Source: a virus. From it: DNA of 64,000 nt. The number at the start of each line of letters is the position of its first letter. Position 1 is the first letter of the stretch. Positions 27,985 through 37,881 of this stretch are shown here, piece by piece. The stretch covers positions 1 to 64,000 of IMG/VR virus record IMGVR_UViG_3300020473_000023. One strand, 5' to 3'. The notes below the pieces were generated by a model. The model made no database searches. It was not told the DNA's origin and worked only from the letters and a program-made list of their open reading frames with translations. The translations under genes and the position numbers were made by a program.

Positions 27985-28728
27985 CTATTTCTTAATAACA
28001 AACAGAGCTATTCCATGCCACCAGTTTATATCTGGATGCTCGAGCCTTTTCTCTCTATCAGCGGGAAAAATTTGCCACTGGGCAAGAATCTTATATCCAA
28101 GCTCGCTAAACGCTTCAAATGTTCCTTCTCTCACAGCACCCTTTTCCCAATCGTCTATGACAGTAATAAAAGTATCACAAAGAGCATCGTTAAAATATGT
28201 GAATGCTTTCTTCTGTGACTCTTTTGAATGATGCCCGTCATAAAAGTAAACGTTTGCTTTTTCTTTTATTTCTTCAGAAACATCAATAGAGAAGCAATCA
28301 GCCTCTATGACTGTAAGCTTATCTTCTTTAAATCCGGGTATAAAGGTATCTAGATTCTTTTTAAACACACCCTTTGGATCATCACCCTCATTAAATTCAG
28401 ACCAGTTATCAATTGCATAGGCGTGCTTAATTTGATTATAGTTTCCATAAAGAGAGGAAATTAAAGATGAGCCACAATAAGATCCAACCTCTAAATAAAC
28501 ACAATCTTCAAAGTTACTTAAGTTATTAAGCAGATGTCTAAATGACCTTCCTGTAAACCCTGGAAGAATATTGTGAAGTAGCATCTCACCTGAGAGATTT
28601 GATGACTTTGAAAAGCCTGCTGTAATAGAAGAAGCTGCTTGGACTATTAGTTTAGCAATATCTGCAAATCCCACAGATACTTTAAGATTCGGACCTGAGT
28701 CAAAAGCATAGATCGGCGGTGATGTCAA
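27985..28728 (-). CDS. Class I SAM-dependent methyltransferase (Methyltransf_24-like), paralog B
   Basis: YLEVGSYCGSS, AIDNWSEF, YFYDGHH, DDWE. Confidence 0.85.
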   Translation of the reverse strand: MTSPPIYAFDSGPNLKVSVGFADIAKLIVQAASSITAGFSKSSNLSGEMLLHNILPGFTGRSFRHLLNNLSNFEDCVYLEVGSYCGSSLISSLYGNYNQIKHAYAIDNWSEFNEGDDPKGVFKKNLDTFIPGFKEDKLTVIEADCFSIDVSEEIKEKANVYFYDGHHSKESQKKAFTYFNDALCDTFITVIDDWEKGAVREGTFEAFSELGYKILAQWQIFPADREKRLEHPDINWWHGIALFVIKK

Positions 28729-29489
28729 GTTACTGCCTTGGACTTTTTAATAACGAACAGGGCCATTCCATGCCACCAGTTCATATCTGGGTGCTCCATC
28801 GGCTTCTTCCGATCTGGCGGGGTAACTTCCCAACTTGCAAGAATATTATAGTTCAGCTCATTAAATGCTTCATGAGTTGCATCTCTAACTTTCTTCTTTT
28901 CCCAATCATCAACGACAGCAATAAAAGTATCATGAAAGACGTCATTAAAGTATGTGAATGCTTTCTTGTGATCATCGTACGTGTGCGCACCGTCATAAAA
29001 GTAAATGTCAATTTTTTCATCTATTTCTGACAGGTCAAGAGAAAAACAGTCTCCTTCAATTATCTTTAAGCTGTCGCTATACTCTGGTATATAGGCTTCT
29101 CTATTTTTAGAAAATCGTTCTTCAGGCTTACAATATTCTCTAAATTCTGACCAGTTGTCAATGGCATATGCTTTTTTAATTTTTCCATGATTTCCGTAGA
29201 GAGCGGAGACCAGAGATGATCCGCAAAATGTACCTACTTCAAGGTATGTGCAATTTTGCATTTTACAAAGACTGTTAAGAAGGTGCCTAAATGATCTTCC
29301 TGTAAATCCATTAAGTGAGTCTTGAGACTCCAGCTCCGCTGCCAGGCCTGACGCTTTAGAGAATCCTGTAGAAAATGCAACCAGGCACTGAGCAGTTAGC
29401 TGTTGCTCTCTCGCATAATTGATAGACACCTTTAGCTCATCATGTACCACGACTGATCCACTGTCATCTTTTCCTTCTAGTTCTGACAT
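28725..29489 (-). CDS. Class I SAM-dependent methyltransferase (Methyltransf_24-like), paralog A
   Basis: YLEVGTFCGSS, AIDNWSEF, YFYDGAH, DDWE. Confidence 0.85.
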   Translation of the reverse strand: MSELEGKDDSGSVVVHDELKVSINYAREQQLTAQCLVAFSTGFSKASGLAAELESQDSLNGFTGRSFRHLLNSLCKMQNCTYLEVGTFCGSSLVSALYGNHGKIKKAYAIDNWSEFREYCKPEERFSKNREAYIPEYSDSLKIIEGDCFSLDLSEIDEKIDIYFYDGAHTYDDHKKAFTYFNDVFHDTFIAVVDDWEKKKVRDATHEAFNELNYNILASWEVTPPDRKKPMEHPDMNWWHGMALFVIKKSKAVT

Positions 29490-29518
29490 TTTTTTCCTAG
29501 TTTAAGTTTAAAATAGAA

Positions 29519-29604
29519 TGGTACCCGGAGCCGGATTCGAACCGGCACGCCCTTACGAGCAGAAGATTTTAAGTCTCCTGTGTCTACCATTTCACCACCC
29601 GGGC
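29519..29604 (-). tRNA. tRNA-Leu (UAA)
   Basis: GGAGA-CTTAAAA-TCTTC arm, variable arm, ACCA end. Confidence 0.97.
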
Positions 29605-29633
29605 ATATAGGTATAGTACCCATAGGTGAATTT

Positions 29634-29662
29634 ATTATATCATACTATTACTTTCTTTACAT
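29634..29662 (-). promoter_or_regulatory. Class-E promoter ATGTAA-N17-TATAAT for the tRNA-Leu/methyltransferase unit
   Basis: Exact consensus and spacing. Confidence 0.75.
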
Positions 29663-29699
29663 GTAATAGAAATTACTTATAAAAAAGGGGGATTGTCTC

Positions 29700-29948
29700 A
29701 TGGATAACATTACATACCATCCAAAAGCCATTCTCAAAAAATCTGAATCTCTGACGATTTGGGAAAGTCACCTTCGATCCAAAGAAAATGATCTTAAGCA
29801 TAGAGAGCTTGATTTAATTCAAATGAGAAGAGAAGTTAGATTTAAAGAAATCCAAATAGACGCAGAAAGAAGACGACATATTGTTCAAGTAATTTTAATG
29901 TTCTTCGTTGGAATGATCTCAGGTGCCCTCATAGCAAGCGCCCTTTAA
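29700..29948 (+). CDS. Coiled-coil protein with C-terminal TM
   Basis: AGGGGG SD; fills the gap. Confidence 0.6.
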   Translation: MDNITYHPKAILKKSESLTIWESHLRSKENDLKHRELDLIQMRREVRFKEIQIDAERRRHIVQVILMFFVGMISGALIASAL

Positions 29949-30139
29949 GAGATTTTAGTGAGCATTCCAGAAGAAAGGCCATACACCTTTCCACATATAA
30001 AGACTTGAATCTTTCCATCTCTTCTAACATTTGTAACAAGCCCGACATCACCTGCTCGTGCTATGTGACCAGGCTTCATGACATAGTTAATGTTTTCATT
30101 AAGACTTACAAGATCTCCAGAAGATATAGTGCCCTTCAT
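29945..30139 (-). CDS. Small GDLV-family protein
   Basis: SSGDLVSL...GDVGLV...LTKIS. Confidence 0.65.
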   Translation of the reverse strand: MKGTISSGDLVSLNENINYVMKPGHIARAGDVGLVTNVRRDGKIQVFICGKVYGLSSGMLTKIS

Positions 30140-31161
30140 TACGCACCTGTATCGAGACCAGTGTCACCTGTATCTGATCCGCTTTCAACTGGAAAGTATC
30201 TATAGCCTACTTCAACTAACTCATTTCCACCAGGTATAACGGTAAAGTAGACTGTATTGTCTGCAGAAGAATAATACCAGTCATAATTTAGAGACCCATT
30301 AATAAAGACTCTGATTGATTCTTCAATTGCCTCATGAGTTAGGCTGATATATTCATAAGGTTCAAGACGAGAAGTTGCATCTATGACACCTGCTGACCAG
30401 TCTTCAGAGCATATGTCTACGATCTGTCCCGCAAAGTGATTTGTTGCCTCAATATACCTATCACCTGTATTCGTATCTGTTTGATTACATAGAGATTCAG
30501 CTGGGGGTACGTTGACTATGCTTGATAGAAATGATGAACCGCCCCGCTGAGTCTGGTACCAGCTCACATATTCACTAACAGATGGAAAGTGATCATCACT
30601 TTGTTCCTCTTCATCAGAAACAAAAACTACAAGAAGCGCTGCATCATGTCTGAGCCATGTTTGAGCATAAGAATTGTTGATAATATATTCATATGATGCA
30701 TCAAACCCTTCTTCTCTGTGACCCCTTCCCATTCCTAGATACATGGATTCAGCATCTGCAACATCGTCACCGGGAACTAGAGGGAACTGAGATTCGATTG
30801 AAGCTGATCCTGGATCATTTGACATCATTGCAAGACGCCACCCAGACTCAGGTAGTGCGAGCATCATTGCTTCAATTCCTGCTAGCAGCTCTTCATCAAA
30901 CCTATTCATTGATCCTGATGTGTCAATTACCCAGAGTATATCAACTCCATCAACACTTTGCGGCTGAGTAAAGGAATCTATCCATATTTCACCCGGATCT
31001 GTTGGTACCTCAACCTCAACGTAGACTGGAACTTCTATCTCTACTTCAACCTCTTCATAGACTGTTTCTACGACCGTTTCGGTTCCAGATCCAACGATGT
31101 AATAGTCCATGTTTGTAGTGCATCCTACTAGAAAAATCAGTAGCAAGAGCCTTGCAAACAT
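30139..31161 (-). CDS. VWA-domain lipoprotein of myxobacterial style
   Basis: Lipobox LVGC; VDILWVIDTSGSM MIDAS; LR.DA.L.VVFVSDEEEQS; DTG repeats. Confidence 0.8.
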   Translation of the reverse strand: MFARLLLLIFLVGCTTNMDYYIVGSGTETVVETVYEEVEVEIEVPVYVEVEVPTDPGEIWIDSFTQPQSVDGVDILWVIDTSGSMNRFDEELLAGIEAMMLALPESGWRLAMMSNDPGSASIESQFPLVPGDDVADAESMYLGMGRGHREEGFDASYEYIINNSYAQTWLRHDAALLVVFVSDEEEQSDDHFPSVSEYVSWYQTQRGGSSFLSSIVNVPPAESLCNQTDTNTGDRYIEATNHFAGQIVDICSEDWSAGVIDATSRLEPYEYISLTHEAIEESIRVFINGSLNYDWYYSSADNTVYFTVIPGGNELVEVGYRYFPVESGSDTGDTGLDTGA

Positions 31162-31482
31162 ATAGCCTCCCTTAAAATTACGTATAACGCAACTTAAGGG
31201 CTAGCTAAAAAAACTTAAAGGAAACTATAAAGGGTTACGAAAAGTTAACTTTATCTTTGATTAAATCATCTAGGCTTCTAATTGTTGTTTCAAGAATTGT
31301 AGCGACAGATCTCTCACTCATAATAGCATTTGGTGCTTCATTCGGATTGTTAAGCTTTTGATACTCATTGATTAGATGCTTCCGAAGCCTAACGATCTTT
31401 TTTACATCATTATCGTTCATTTTTTCTCCACAGATTCCAATAGAGCATAATATTTCACAGAAGTGCCTAAGTTAATTAAATC

Positions 31483-31899
31483 TTAAATTTTATACCAGCT
31501 GCTACTTCCATCTGATATCAATCTAAAAGCCTCGGCATTGCTAGAGAATTGAATAGACGTCGTCGATGGGTTTCCTTCAAAGTTATCAGATCCATCTCTC
31601 TGAATTGTGATGGCATTTGTCTGTGAATACCCGCCTGCATCTTTTATCACAACAACTCTACCGGCTGTTGACGCACTTGGCATTGTTATTGTAATTGCAC
31701 TATTTATTCCGTTTTGTGCAGTAGGTCTAGTGTTGACTAGAATGGTATAGTCTCCATCTGCCACAGTGTAAGTTGTTCCGGGATCGTTTCCCGACCAGAG
31801 CACAGTCACAGGATATCGAAGTGTGCTTTCATCAATATCGCTACCCGTAATTGAGTCATCCTGTATTTGTGCTCCCCTTATTCCAGTTTTTCCTGCCAT
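31483..31899 (-). CDS. Putative tail-fibre/structural beta-rich domain protein
   Basis: IQDDSIT..DI; ITITMP....GRVVVIKD...NAITI...SDG..W pattern typical of phage fibre modules. Confidence 0.55.
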   Translation of the reverse strand: MAGKTGIRGAQIQDDSITGSDIDESTLRYPVTVLWSGNDPGTTYTVADGDYTILVNTRPTAQNGINSAITITMPSASTAGRVVVIKDAGGYSQTNAITIQRDGSDNFEGNPSTTSIQFSSNAEAFRLISDGSSSWYKI

Positions 31900-31913
31900 T
31901 TCTATTCCTTATG

Positions 31914-31989
31914 TGGAGCCACCGAGAGGACTCGAACCTCCGACCGGCTGATTACAAATCAGCTGCTCTACCAGCTGAGCTACGGTGGC
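31914..31989 (-). tRNA. tRNA-Thr (UGU)
   Basis: GCTGA-TTTGTAA-TCAGC arm, CCA end. Confidence 0.97.
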
Positions 31990-32023
31990 ACCATTCAATA
32001 ATATTCAAACTTAACAAGATGTA

Positions 32024-33010
32024 TCATTCAATTTCAACTATAAGACCTGACGCTATCCAGGCCTCAAGACCGTCAGCAGACCAGGAACGGATTCCGTCTT
32101 CTGATAGGCCTGTCATTGACATGACAGAAGCCGTGCCTAGAGTAATAATTGCAGATCTAATTTCTGAATCTCCAAATATTACTGTTGAATTTTCACAGCT
32201 CATTTCACACACAGCGTCTGTTGGATTTTCAAAGTCACAGTGATCAGAGCTTGCAACCCTAACAGACCGATAATCACTCATCATTCTGAATAAGTCTATC
32301 CCATTATTTTCTGCATTGCATGTAGAGGGCTCTCCAGCTATAAGGAATGCTGGGCATGATACACTTCCAGCGTGACTCTGGCCAATGTGATCATCAACAC
32401 CTGGGATGTCTTCTGTATCTGTGGTATCTAGGCCGAGAACTCCAGCAGCATTTTTATCTTGTGATGCTGCTATGATAGCTGCCAAGCCTCCGGCCGAGTG
32501 CCCAGCATACACAGTGCTTGCTGAACCGTGCAGCGAAGCGAGCTCTACCATATTCCAACCATTCATCTCATGATCCACACCAAGCCAGATATTGTAGTGA
32601 CAAAGCGTAGGAAGAAGAACCTCCGCACCCCAGGATGACAGGTGCTCAGCCCACCCTGTCATTACTCCAGAACCACGAGCAAATCCATGACCTAGAACAA
32701 CAACAGGCGGGTCAGAAACTCCAGGAGAATATACGCTATAGACCATGCTAGGGCAATCTGTTACGCTTGCTGTGTGACTATCAACTGTCACTGAAAACGG
32801 TCCGGATTGAAGAAAGTCAGTGATCGGATCATCTACCTGTTCTTCTTCAACTGTATCTTCCTGACTGTCTTCGACTCCTGTCCCACTTTCCTCTAGCAGC
32901 TCTATGGAGCCGGTATCATTCTGAACTACTCCTGGTCGATGAATTATATCCACACCACAAGAAAGTGCGGCACAAAGGGATAGGCTTATTAAAAATACTC
33001 TTGTTTTCAT
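32024..33010 (-). CDS. Alpha/beta-hydrolase lipoprotein (chlorophyllase/cutinase-like)
   Basis: Lipobox ALSC; GPFSV, HGF oxyanion loop, GHSAGG nucleophile, HCDFE. Confidence 0.8.
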   Translation of the reverse strand: MKTRVFLISLSLCAALSCGVDIIHRPGVVQNDTGSIELLEESGTGVEDSQEDTVEEEQVDDPITDFLQSGPFSVTVDSHTASVTDCPSMVYSVYSPGVSDPPVVVLGHGFARGSGVMTGWAEHLSSWGAEVLLPTLCHYNIWLGVDHEMNGWNMVELASLHGSASTVYAGHSAGGLAAIIAASQDKNAAGVLGLDTTDTEDIPGVDDHIGQSHAGSVSCPAFLIAGEPSTCNAENNGIDLFRMMSDYRSVRVASSDHCDFENPTDAVCEMSCENSTVIFGDSEIRSAIITLGTASVMSMTGLSEDGIRSWSADGLEAWIASGLIVEIE

Positions 33011-33909
33011 ATTGCACCTGCACTGTCCAGTGCTGCTAGAACTCCATCGATAGTCCAAAAAGCAGTGTAAATTTCGCTCTCAGCAATCCATCCACCCCAC
33101 CATTGCTCAAGATACCATCTGTTGTTCCAAGATTTAGTTCTGATAGTTTGGTATGATAGAGTAATTGTTGTATCTTGACCGTACGCGCCATCGACCCAAT
33201 CCCCAAGGAAAAATCCATTTAAAAGATCTTCTGTTTCTGTGTCGTAATAATATCGGAGATCTTCAATAAAATCAGGCGTAATCTCTATCATCAACTCTCC
33301 CAGCACAAAATAATCGTCTTTATGATCTTCAGTAGTTTCAATATCGACTAAAGAATAGGGTAGGTCGAGTGTGAGGTGAGCAACCATGGCTACAACTACT
33401 GCACGGGTACGAGAAGCCTCTGGATTATCTGCCAAATAGTAGTATTGGTTCCAGGCATATGAAGGTTGACCGCCCATCAGAGCCAGCTGAAGATTGGCCA
33501 TGTAGCGTGATGCAAAATCTACAACAATTCTCTCACCCCACTCTTGATCTTCTATTTCTCCGCTCTCTATTGCTCTAATAATTCGATTAGTGATATGTCG
33601 ATAAGTCGTTGGAAACATGCCCCAGGGGTCACTGCAACTCTCAAATAAGGTAGCAATTCCATCAATACGTTCGTATGTACTGTAGACAGTCTCAGAGTCA
33701 GTTACAGCTGCTAGTGCATACACCTGATGGGCAGCTTCGGCTGAGATCAATTCTCCATTACACATAAGCTGATCAACATGACCTGAGCTGATCTCGTGAC
33801 GATCATAGTCTGCTTCTTGACCTGTGTCACCAGCCCCTGTATCTTCAACAACATCATCCGCGCAAGCAGAAATAAAAACAAGGAAAATAATCCTAATAAT
33901 ATACTTCAT
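33007..33909 (-). CDS. Lipoprotein, DUF5995-like
   Basis: Lipobox ISAC; F..TY..IT, FA.RY, AW, AHL..DLP pattern; DTG repeats. Confidence 0.6.
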   Translation of the reverse strand: MKYIIRIIFLVFISACADDVVEDTGAGDTGQEADYDRHEISSGHVDQLMCNGELISAEAAHQVYALAAVTDSETVYSTYERIDGIATLFESCSDPWGMFPTTYRHITNRIIRAIESGEIEDQEWGERIVVDFASRYMANLQLALMGGQPSYAWNQYYYLADNPEASRTRAVVVAMVAHLTLDLPYSLVDIETTEDHKDDYFVLGELMIEITPDFIEDLRYYYDTETEDLLNGFFLGDWVDGAYGQDTTITLSYQTIRTKSWNNRWYLEQWWGGWIAESEIYTAFWTIDGVLAALDSAGAI

Positions 33910-33974
33910 TATTTACTCCTAAGAGACAAATATACTCTTGAGTAAATTAATGTATACTGCTCACACTAAACCAT

Positions 33975-34826
33975 TCACAGGTTTTGTAGAATCCAATCTT
34001 CTGCAGTTGCTGACAGCGGACCCTGTATGAATCTATTTATCTTCTGAATATCCTCAGAAGTAACTGCCGTCCCTCTCGGCTTTGTATTATCAATCTCGAC
34101 AAACCGATCCTCACCAAACGCTGCCATGTACTCTGGAATTAGTGATGGGGTGGGCGGAGCTTCAGGCTTGTCTGGATTGATTCCCCCAAACAGTCTCCAG
34201 CATGTTCTTTCAACAGCAATATCGGCAAGCCCTCTTCCGGGTGGGTCAGCAAGGCCCCTCTCTCTATTCCTTCTGACCGACTCTTCTCTTGGAACATTGA
34301 CTGCAATCATCATTGTTTCATATCCCAGCTTTTCTAAAATAGCCTTCTGCTCGAGTGTCTTGTTTAGAGACGCAGCTGTTCCATCGATTATAAGGCCGAG
34401 CCTTCCGTCTACGTAGAATTCTTGAGAGCTTTTCTTTGACAAGCTTCTTCCGGGCTTCAAGCCAAATTCTTCGGGGTCGAGACCCTGCCTCTCAGGTGTG
34501 ACTCCATGCCATCCGGTAATGTTCTTTCTAGCCCTTGCTCCGAGCTTACCGGCTGCTGACTGCTGATCACTGGTAAAGTCCTGCTGATATCCCATCAGGC
34601 CGCTTGCTGTCAAATATCTATCAAGGGCATCATCTTGATTAACAATCTTCATACTGTTGGCTGCTAGAGTTGGAACATTGTTCAATACAAAGCCTATGAC
34701 AGATCCCTTTCCAGACCCTGGACATCCCGCCATGAAGATTGCCTTAAATATCCCTTCATCTCTTGGGCCCTCTCTCAGGAGCTCTTCTCTGATAATTCTT
34801 CTAAGCTGCCTGCGTGAGATCTTCAT
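33975..34826 (-). CDS. Tagged P-loop kinase (zeta-toxin/PNK-like)
   Basis: MKISRRQLRRIIREE tag; AGCPGSGKG, IVNQD, IIDGT, R..R lid. Confidence 0.8.
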   Translation of the reverse strand: MKISRRQLRRIIREELLREGPRDEGIFKAIFMAGCPGSGKGSVIGFVLNNVPTLAANSMKIVNQDDALDRYLTASGLMGYQQDFTSDQQSAAGKLGARARKNITGWHGVTPERQGLDPEEFGLKPGRSLSKKSSQEFYVDGRLGLIIDGTAASLNKTLEQKAILEKLGYETMMIAVNVPREESVRRNRERGLADPPGRGLADIAVERTCWRLFGGINPDKPEAPPTPSLIPEYMAAFGEDRFVEIDNTKPRGTAVTSEDIQKINRFIQGPLSATAEDWILQNL

Positions 34827-34862
34827 AGACTATAAATATTGCTGACACATCCATTTAACAGG

Positions 34863-35087
34863 CTATAGTGGGGGCTCTCCGCACCTTATCTCAGTCACAC
34901 CGTCTATAATTTCCGCATAGAAGTGAGATCCCTCTGAAACCTCGCATGGAAATAGGTCAATCGGAATATCAGCGTGATACGTCTCCTGATCATCAGTCTT
35001 AAATTCCACAGTAGCCATATTGCCCTCAATAACATCAACAACGCCCAGACAAAAAAGCGTTGCAACAAGTAAGTTACAAACTCTCAT
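34863..35087 (-). CDS. DUF3006-like small protein
   Basis: VVDVIEGNMATVE...LFP...EG. Confidence 0.5.
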   Translation of the reverse strand: MRVCNLLVATLFCLGVVDVIEGNMATVEFKTDDQETYHADIPIDLFPCEVSEGSHFYAEIIDGVTEIRCGEPPL

Positions 35088-35094
35088 ATTTTCC

Positions 35095-35592
35095 TCAATT
35101 TTCTACAGAGATTTTTCCGTTCACAAGGGCGCTGGAGCTCTGTACTTTCCCGCCTCCCACGTTAAATAAAACTTTACATCCGACTTCCTGGCATATCTCC
35201 CATTCTGGAATGTCCTCAGGAGCGGCTCTGTCTCCACCTTTGGTAAAGTAGGTTGGCCTAAGCTTTGCTATTGCACCCGTGACTGTCTGGCCCCCGTCGT
35301 CCCATATAACAGCTGCATCGACACCACGTATCCCAGCGATAATCTCTGCTCTTTCTTTTTCTGGCATAAAAGCAAAGCCCTTCTTCCTATCTAGAAATCC
35401 ATCTCCGTTGACTATCACAACGACATATCCGCCATCTTTATCAGCCATGGATGTTGTATCTAAAATACATCTAAGGTGCCCAATATGAAGCGGGTCAAAA
35501 CCTCCCGATGTCATGTAGATTGGGCACCGCTTTTCAAGCCAATCATTGTCAACACATTCCAGAAAATCTTCTATCGTCTCATATACTTTCAT
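35095..35592 (-). CDS. HIGH-motif cytidylyltransferase (RfaE/TagD-like)
   Basis: SGGFDPLHIGH, ERAEII, KGGDR, SSS. Confidence 0.88.
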   Translation of the reverse strand: MKVYETIEDFLECVDNDWLEKRCPIYMTSGGFDPLHIGHLRCILDTTSMADKDGGYVVVIVNGDGFLDRKKGFAFMPEKERAEIIAGIRGVDAAVIWDDGGQTVTGAIAKLRPTYFTKGGDRAAPEDIPEWEICQEVGCKVLFNVGGGKVQSSSALVNGKISVEN

Positions 35593-35933
35593 TAGAATCT
35601 TTCGTCCTTTACAATTCGCATCACTCGCCTGAGATGGCTAAAGTTTTCTTCATTATATCCAATGTCGGAGCCAAGTACAATATCATCATTTTTAATACTG
35701 TTAATAAGGCAGAGGTCTATTTCCCAGATTTTTTCCAGACTTCCCTTGACAAGAACGTCCCAGACCCTGCTGCCAAAGCCTAGACTCTCAACATCCTCTT
35801 CGCTATACTCAGCTGTTCTCTCTCTGAGGAGTATTCCAAATACATCATCATCAACAGCATTTTTTACTGATGGGTCAATTGCAGAATAAAGCCGAGCGAC
35901 ACCTGTTAGTCTAACTAAGTCTCCAGGTTTCAA
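35592..35933 (-). CDS. GDLV-family protein
   Basis: MKPGDLVRL...FGILL...WDVLV. Confidence 0.7.
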   Translation of the reverse strand: MKPGDLVRLTGVARLYSAIDPSVKNAVDDDVFGILLRERTAEYSEEDVESLGFGSRVWDVLVKGSLEKIWEIDLCLINSIKNDDIVLGSDIGYNEENFSHLRRVMRIVKDERF

Positions 35934-36466
35934 GCTATCGTGAACTTGGGCATCGTGAGAGATTTACCTGTTGGGAGCCTTGGATCCCAATTCCACTCTG
36001 CATAAGTCGCTGGATCTCCTAGATCTTCTAGATAATCTTCTTTGCCGGTCCCTTCAATTTCTAGACCATCATCCATTACGGTGGCACTGGCAACAGCGAA
36101 TCCATCGTCATCACGAGAAAATGATAATTGAACTGTGAACGATCCACTGACGTCGTCACGGTTTAATTTTGAAGAGTAATCTCTCCAAGTATTCGAGATG
36201 CTCTTGTTGATATCATCGGCGCGGACGAGCTCGTCGACATCATCTTCTTCTTCTTCTTCGTCGTCGTCTTCGTCTTCGTCTTCGTCTTCGTCTTGGTCGT
36301 CTTCTTCTTCTTCGTCTTCTTCGTCTTCATCATCAGCGTCGTCTTCGTCTTCTTCGTCCTCGTCTTCGTCGTCGCCCAGGGCATCAGCTCCCGGGGAGGC
36401 TTCAAGAATTAAGCTAATAAGCTCGTCCCTGACGATCTTTCTAAATTCACTAAGTCTTAATCTCAT
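35930..36466 (-). CDS. Tagged protein with a ~48-residue Asp/Glu tract
   Basis: MRLRLSEFRKIVRDELISLILEA; (GAC/GAA)n run at about 36230-36375; ATACTTA at 36487-36493. Confidence 0.75.
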   Translation of the reverse strand: MRLRLSEFRKIVRDELISLILEASPGADALGDDEDEDEEDEDDADDEDEEDEEEEDDQDEDEDEDEDDDEEEEEDDVDELVRADDINKSISNTWRDYSSKLNRDDVSGSFTVQLSFSRDDDGFAVASATVMDDGLEIEGTGKEDYLEDLGDPATYAEWNWDPRLPTGKSLTMPKFTIA

Positions 36467-36724
36467 AGGATCCTCGCTTCAATCAATAAGTATTTACTTC
36501 ACTAGTTAAAGTCATCTTCTTCAGGTGTCAGCATAAATTGTTCATATGTAACTCCATCGACCTCATATGTTCCGAGAGTTACACCGGGTGTTGACTTAAG
36601 GGTCTCTGCTATTGACTGTGTAATGGTAAGAAAGTCTGAGAACTCTTCTAGGGGAAGTGTGATTGTAACCCTCTCACTCACAGAAAAACTAACTGTCCCG
36701 GAAGATAGATCAAGCCAAGCGTAA

Positions 36725-36937
36725 TCAGTTACTAGTTCGCCGTCTTTGTTTGACATTTTTCTCTTGAAACCTTTCTATGTTTGGCTCAAACCACGTCACA
36801 ACGTCATCAGCAATAAGAACATTCCAGTAATCTTCGTGTGTAACGCATCGCTTTATTAGAACACCAATCTCAGAGTCTTCAGACTTTCGAGATGTATTTT
36901 TTACTATTTCACCGGGCAAGAATGTAGAAATCGTCAT
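36725..36937 (-). CDS. Small GDLV-family protein
   Basis: FLPGEIV...IGVLI...WNVL. Confidence 0.6.
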   Translation of the reverse strand: MTISTFLPGEIVKNTSRKSEDSEIGVLIKRCVTHEDYWNVLIADDVVTWFEPNIERFQEKNVKQRRRTSN

Positions 36938-37568
36938 AGGCTACCCATCACTTCTTTGAAGTCTTAGATGGAGCTTTTTTCCTTGTTGACCTTCTAGCCC
37001 GTGGCTTTCTCTTAGGCACAGGGATTTCTTTAGTAGGAGTGGTAGCTTTCTTTTCTTTAGTGGGCTTCTGTACCACAGGCACCTCGGGAGGCAGTTCAGG
37101 TGGCAGTGGAGCCTCAGGTGGGCCAAGGATCGCTAGGACATCTTCATGAGATTCATGAGGTGGAATAACACCAGCCCTGAGCAGGTGCTTTCTCATGTCG
37201 CTATATGTTTTAATTTCATGATGAGCAGCCCAACCTAGAATCTTAAGAAATCTTCTATTTTTATAATCTTCCCATCTAATTCCCATCTGACATAATTCCT
37301 TCTAAGTTTTGAGAGATAATATCATTAAGTATGCTGAGAACAGAATTTACCTGATCTTCTGATAACAAGTCTCCCAAATCTTTAGAAATTTTATCTCTGA
37401 AACTGTTTGGAGAAGCGTAGTTTTGAATATTAGTCTCCATCTCACTAATAGACTTTGCACACACTTCCATTACTTTTTGGAGCTTGTCATCTGACCAGTC
37501 AAGAGACTCTAGAATTGCTGTTTGCTTCGAAATATTAGAAAGCTCATTAAAGAAAAACTCTAACAAGA

Positions 37569-37850
37569 CTAAATCTCCAAATCCCTAATTGCTTCAGATA
37601 CACCTAGTTGAAATCTAGGATCAATCGATACCTCATCAATCTTTTCTTGATTTGGGCTACAGTCATAAAGCGTAACCATATCTTCAGCAATTTTTCTCAT
37701 TGCAGAAATAAAAACATTTCTAGCAGTTGAGTGATTCATCTTAAAACCATCTTCAGACATCTTTTCTGCAATCTCTCTATATCCGAGTCCTCCATCAGAA
37801 CTGACAGTTGCATATCCTCTCTCAACCTTAAAGCCTTTGGGCATTGACAT
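37569..37850 (-). CDS. Stand-alone HTH protein resembling sigma region 4.2
   Basis: LGYREIAEKM...HSTARNVFISAMRKI; own AAGGAG SD; directly follows the sigma gene. Confidence 0.65.
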   Translation of the reverse strand: MSMPKGFKVERGYATVSSDGGLGYREIAEKMSEDGFKMNHSTARNVFISAMRKIAEDMVTLYDCSPNQEKIDEVSIDPRFQLGVSEAIRDLEI

Positions 37851-37881
37851 TTATTCTCTCCTTTGGTATAAGTTTATTTTT

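Noticed and set aside
33975-34826. Epsilon/zeta toxin-antitoxin system
   Set aside because: Only a generic P-loop kinase fold is supported, and no antitoxin-like partner is adjacent
36163-36509. Poly-Ser (+) and Lys/Thr-rich (-) ORFs
   Set aside because: Alternative-frame readings of the GAC/GAA acidic tract in 35930-36466
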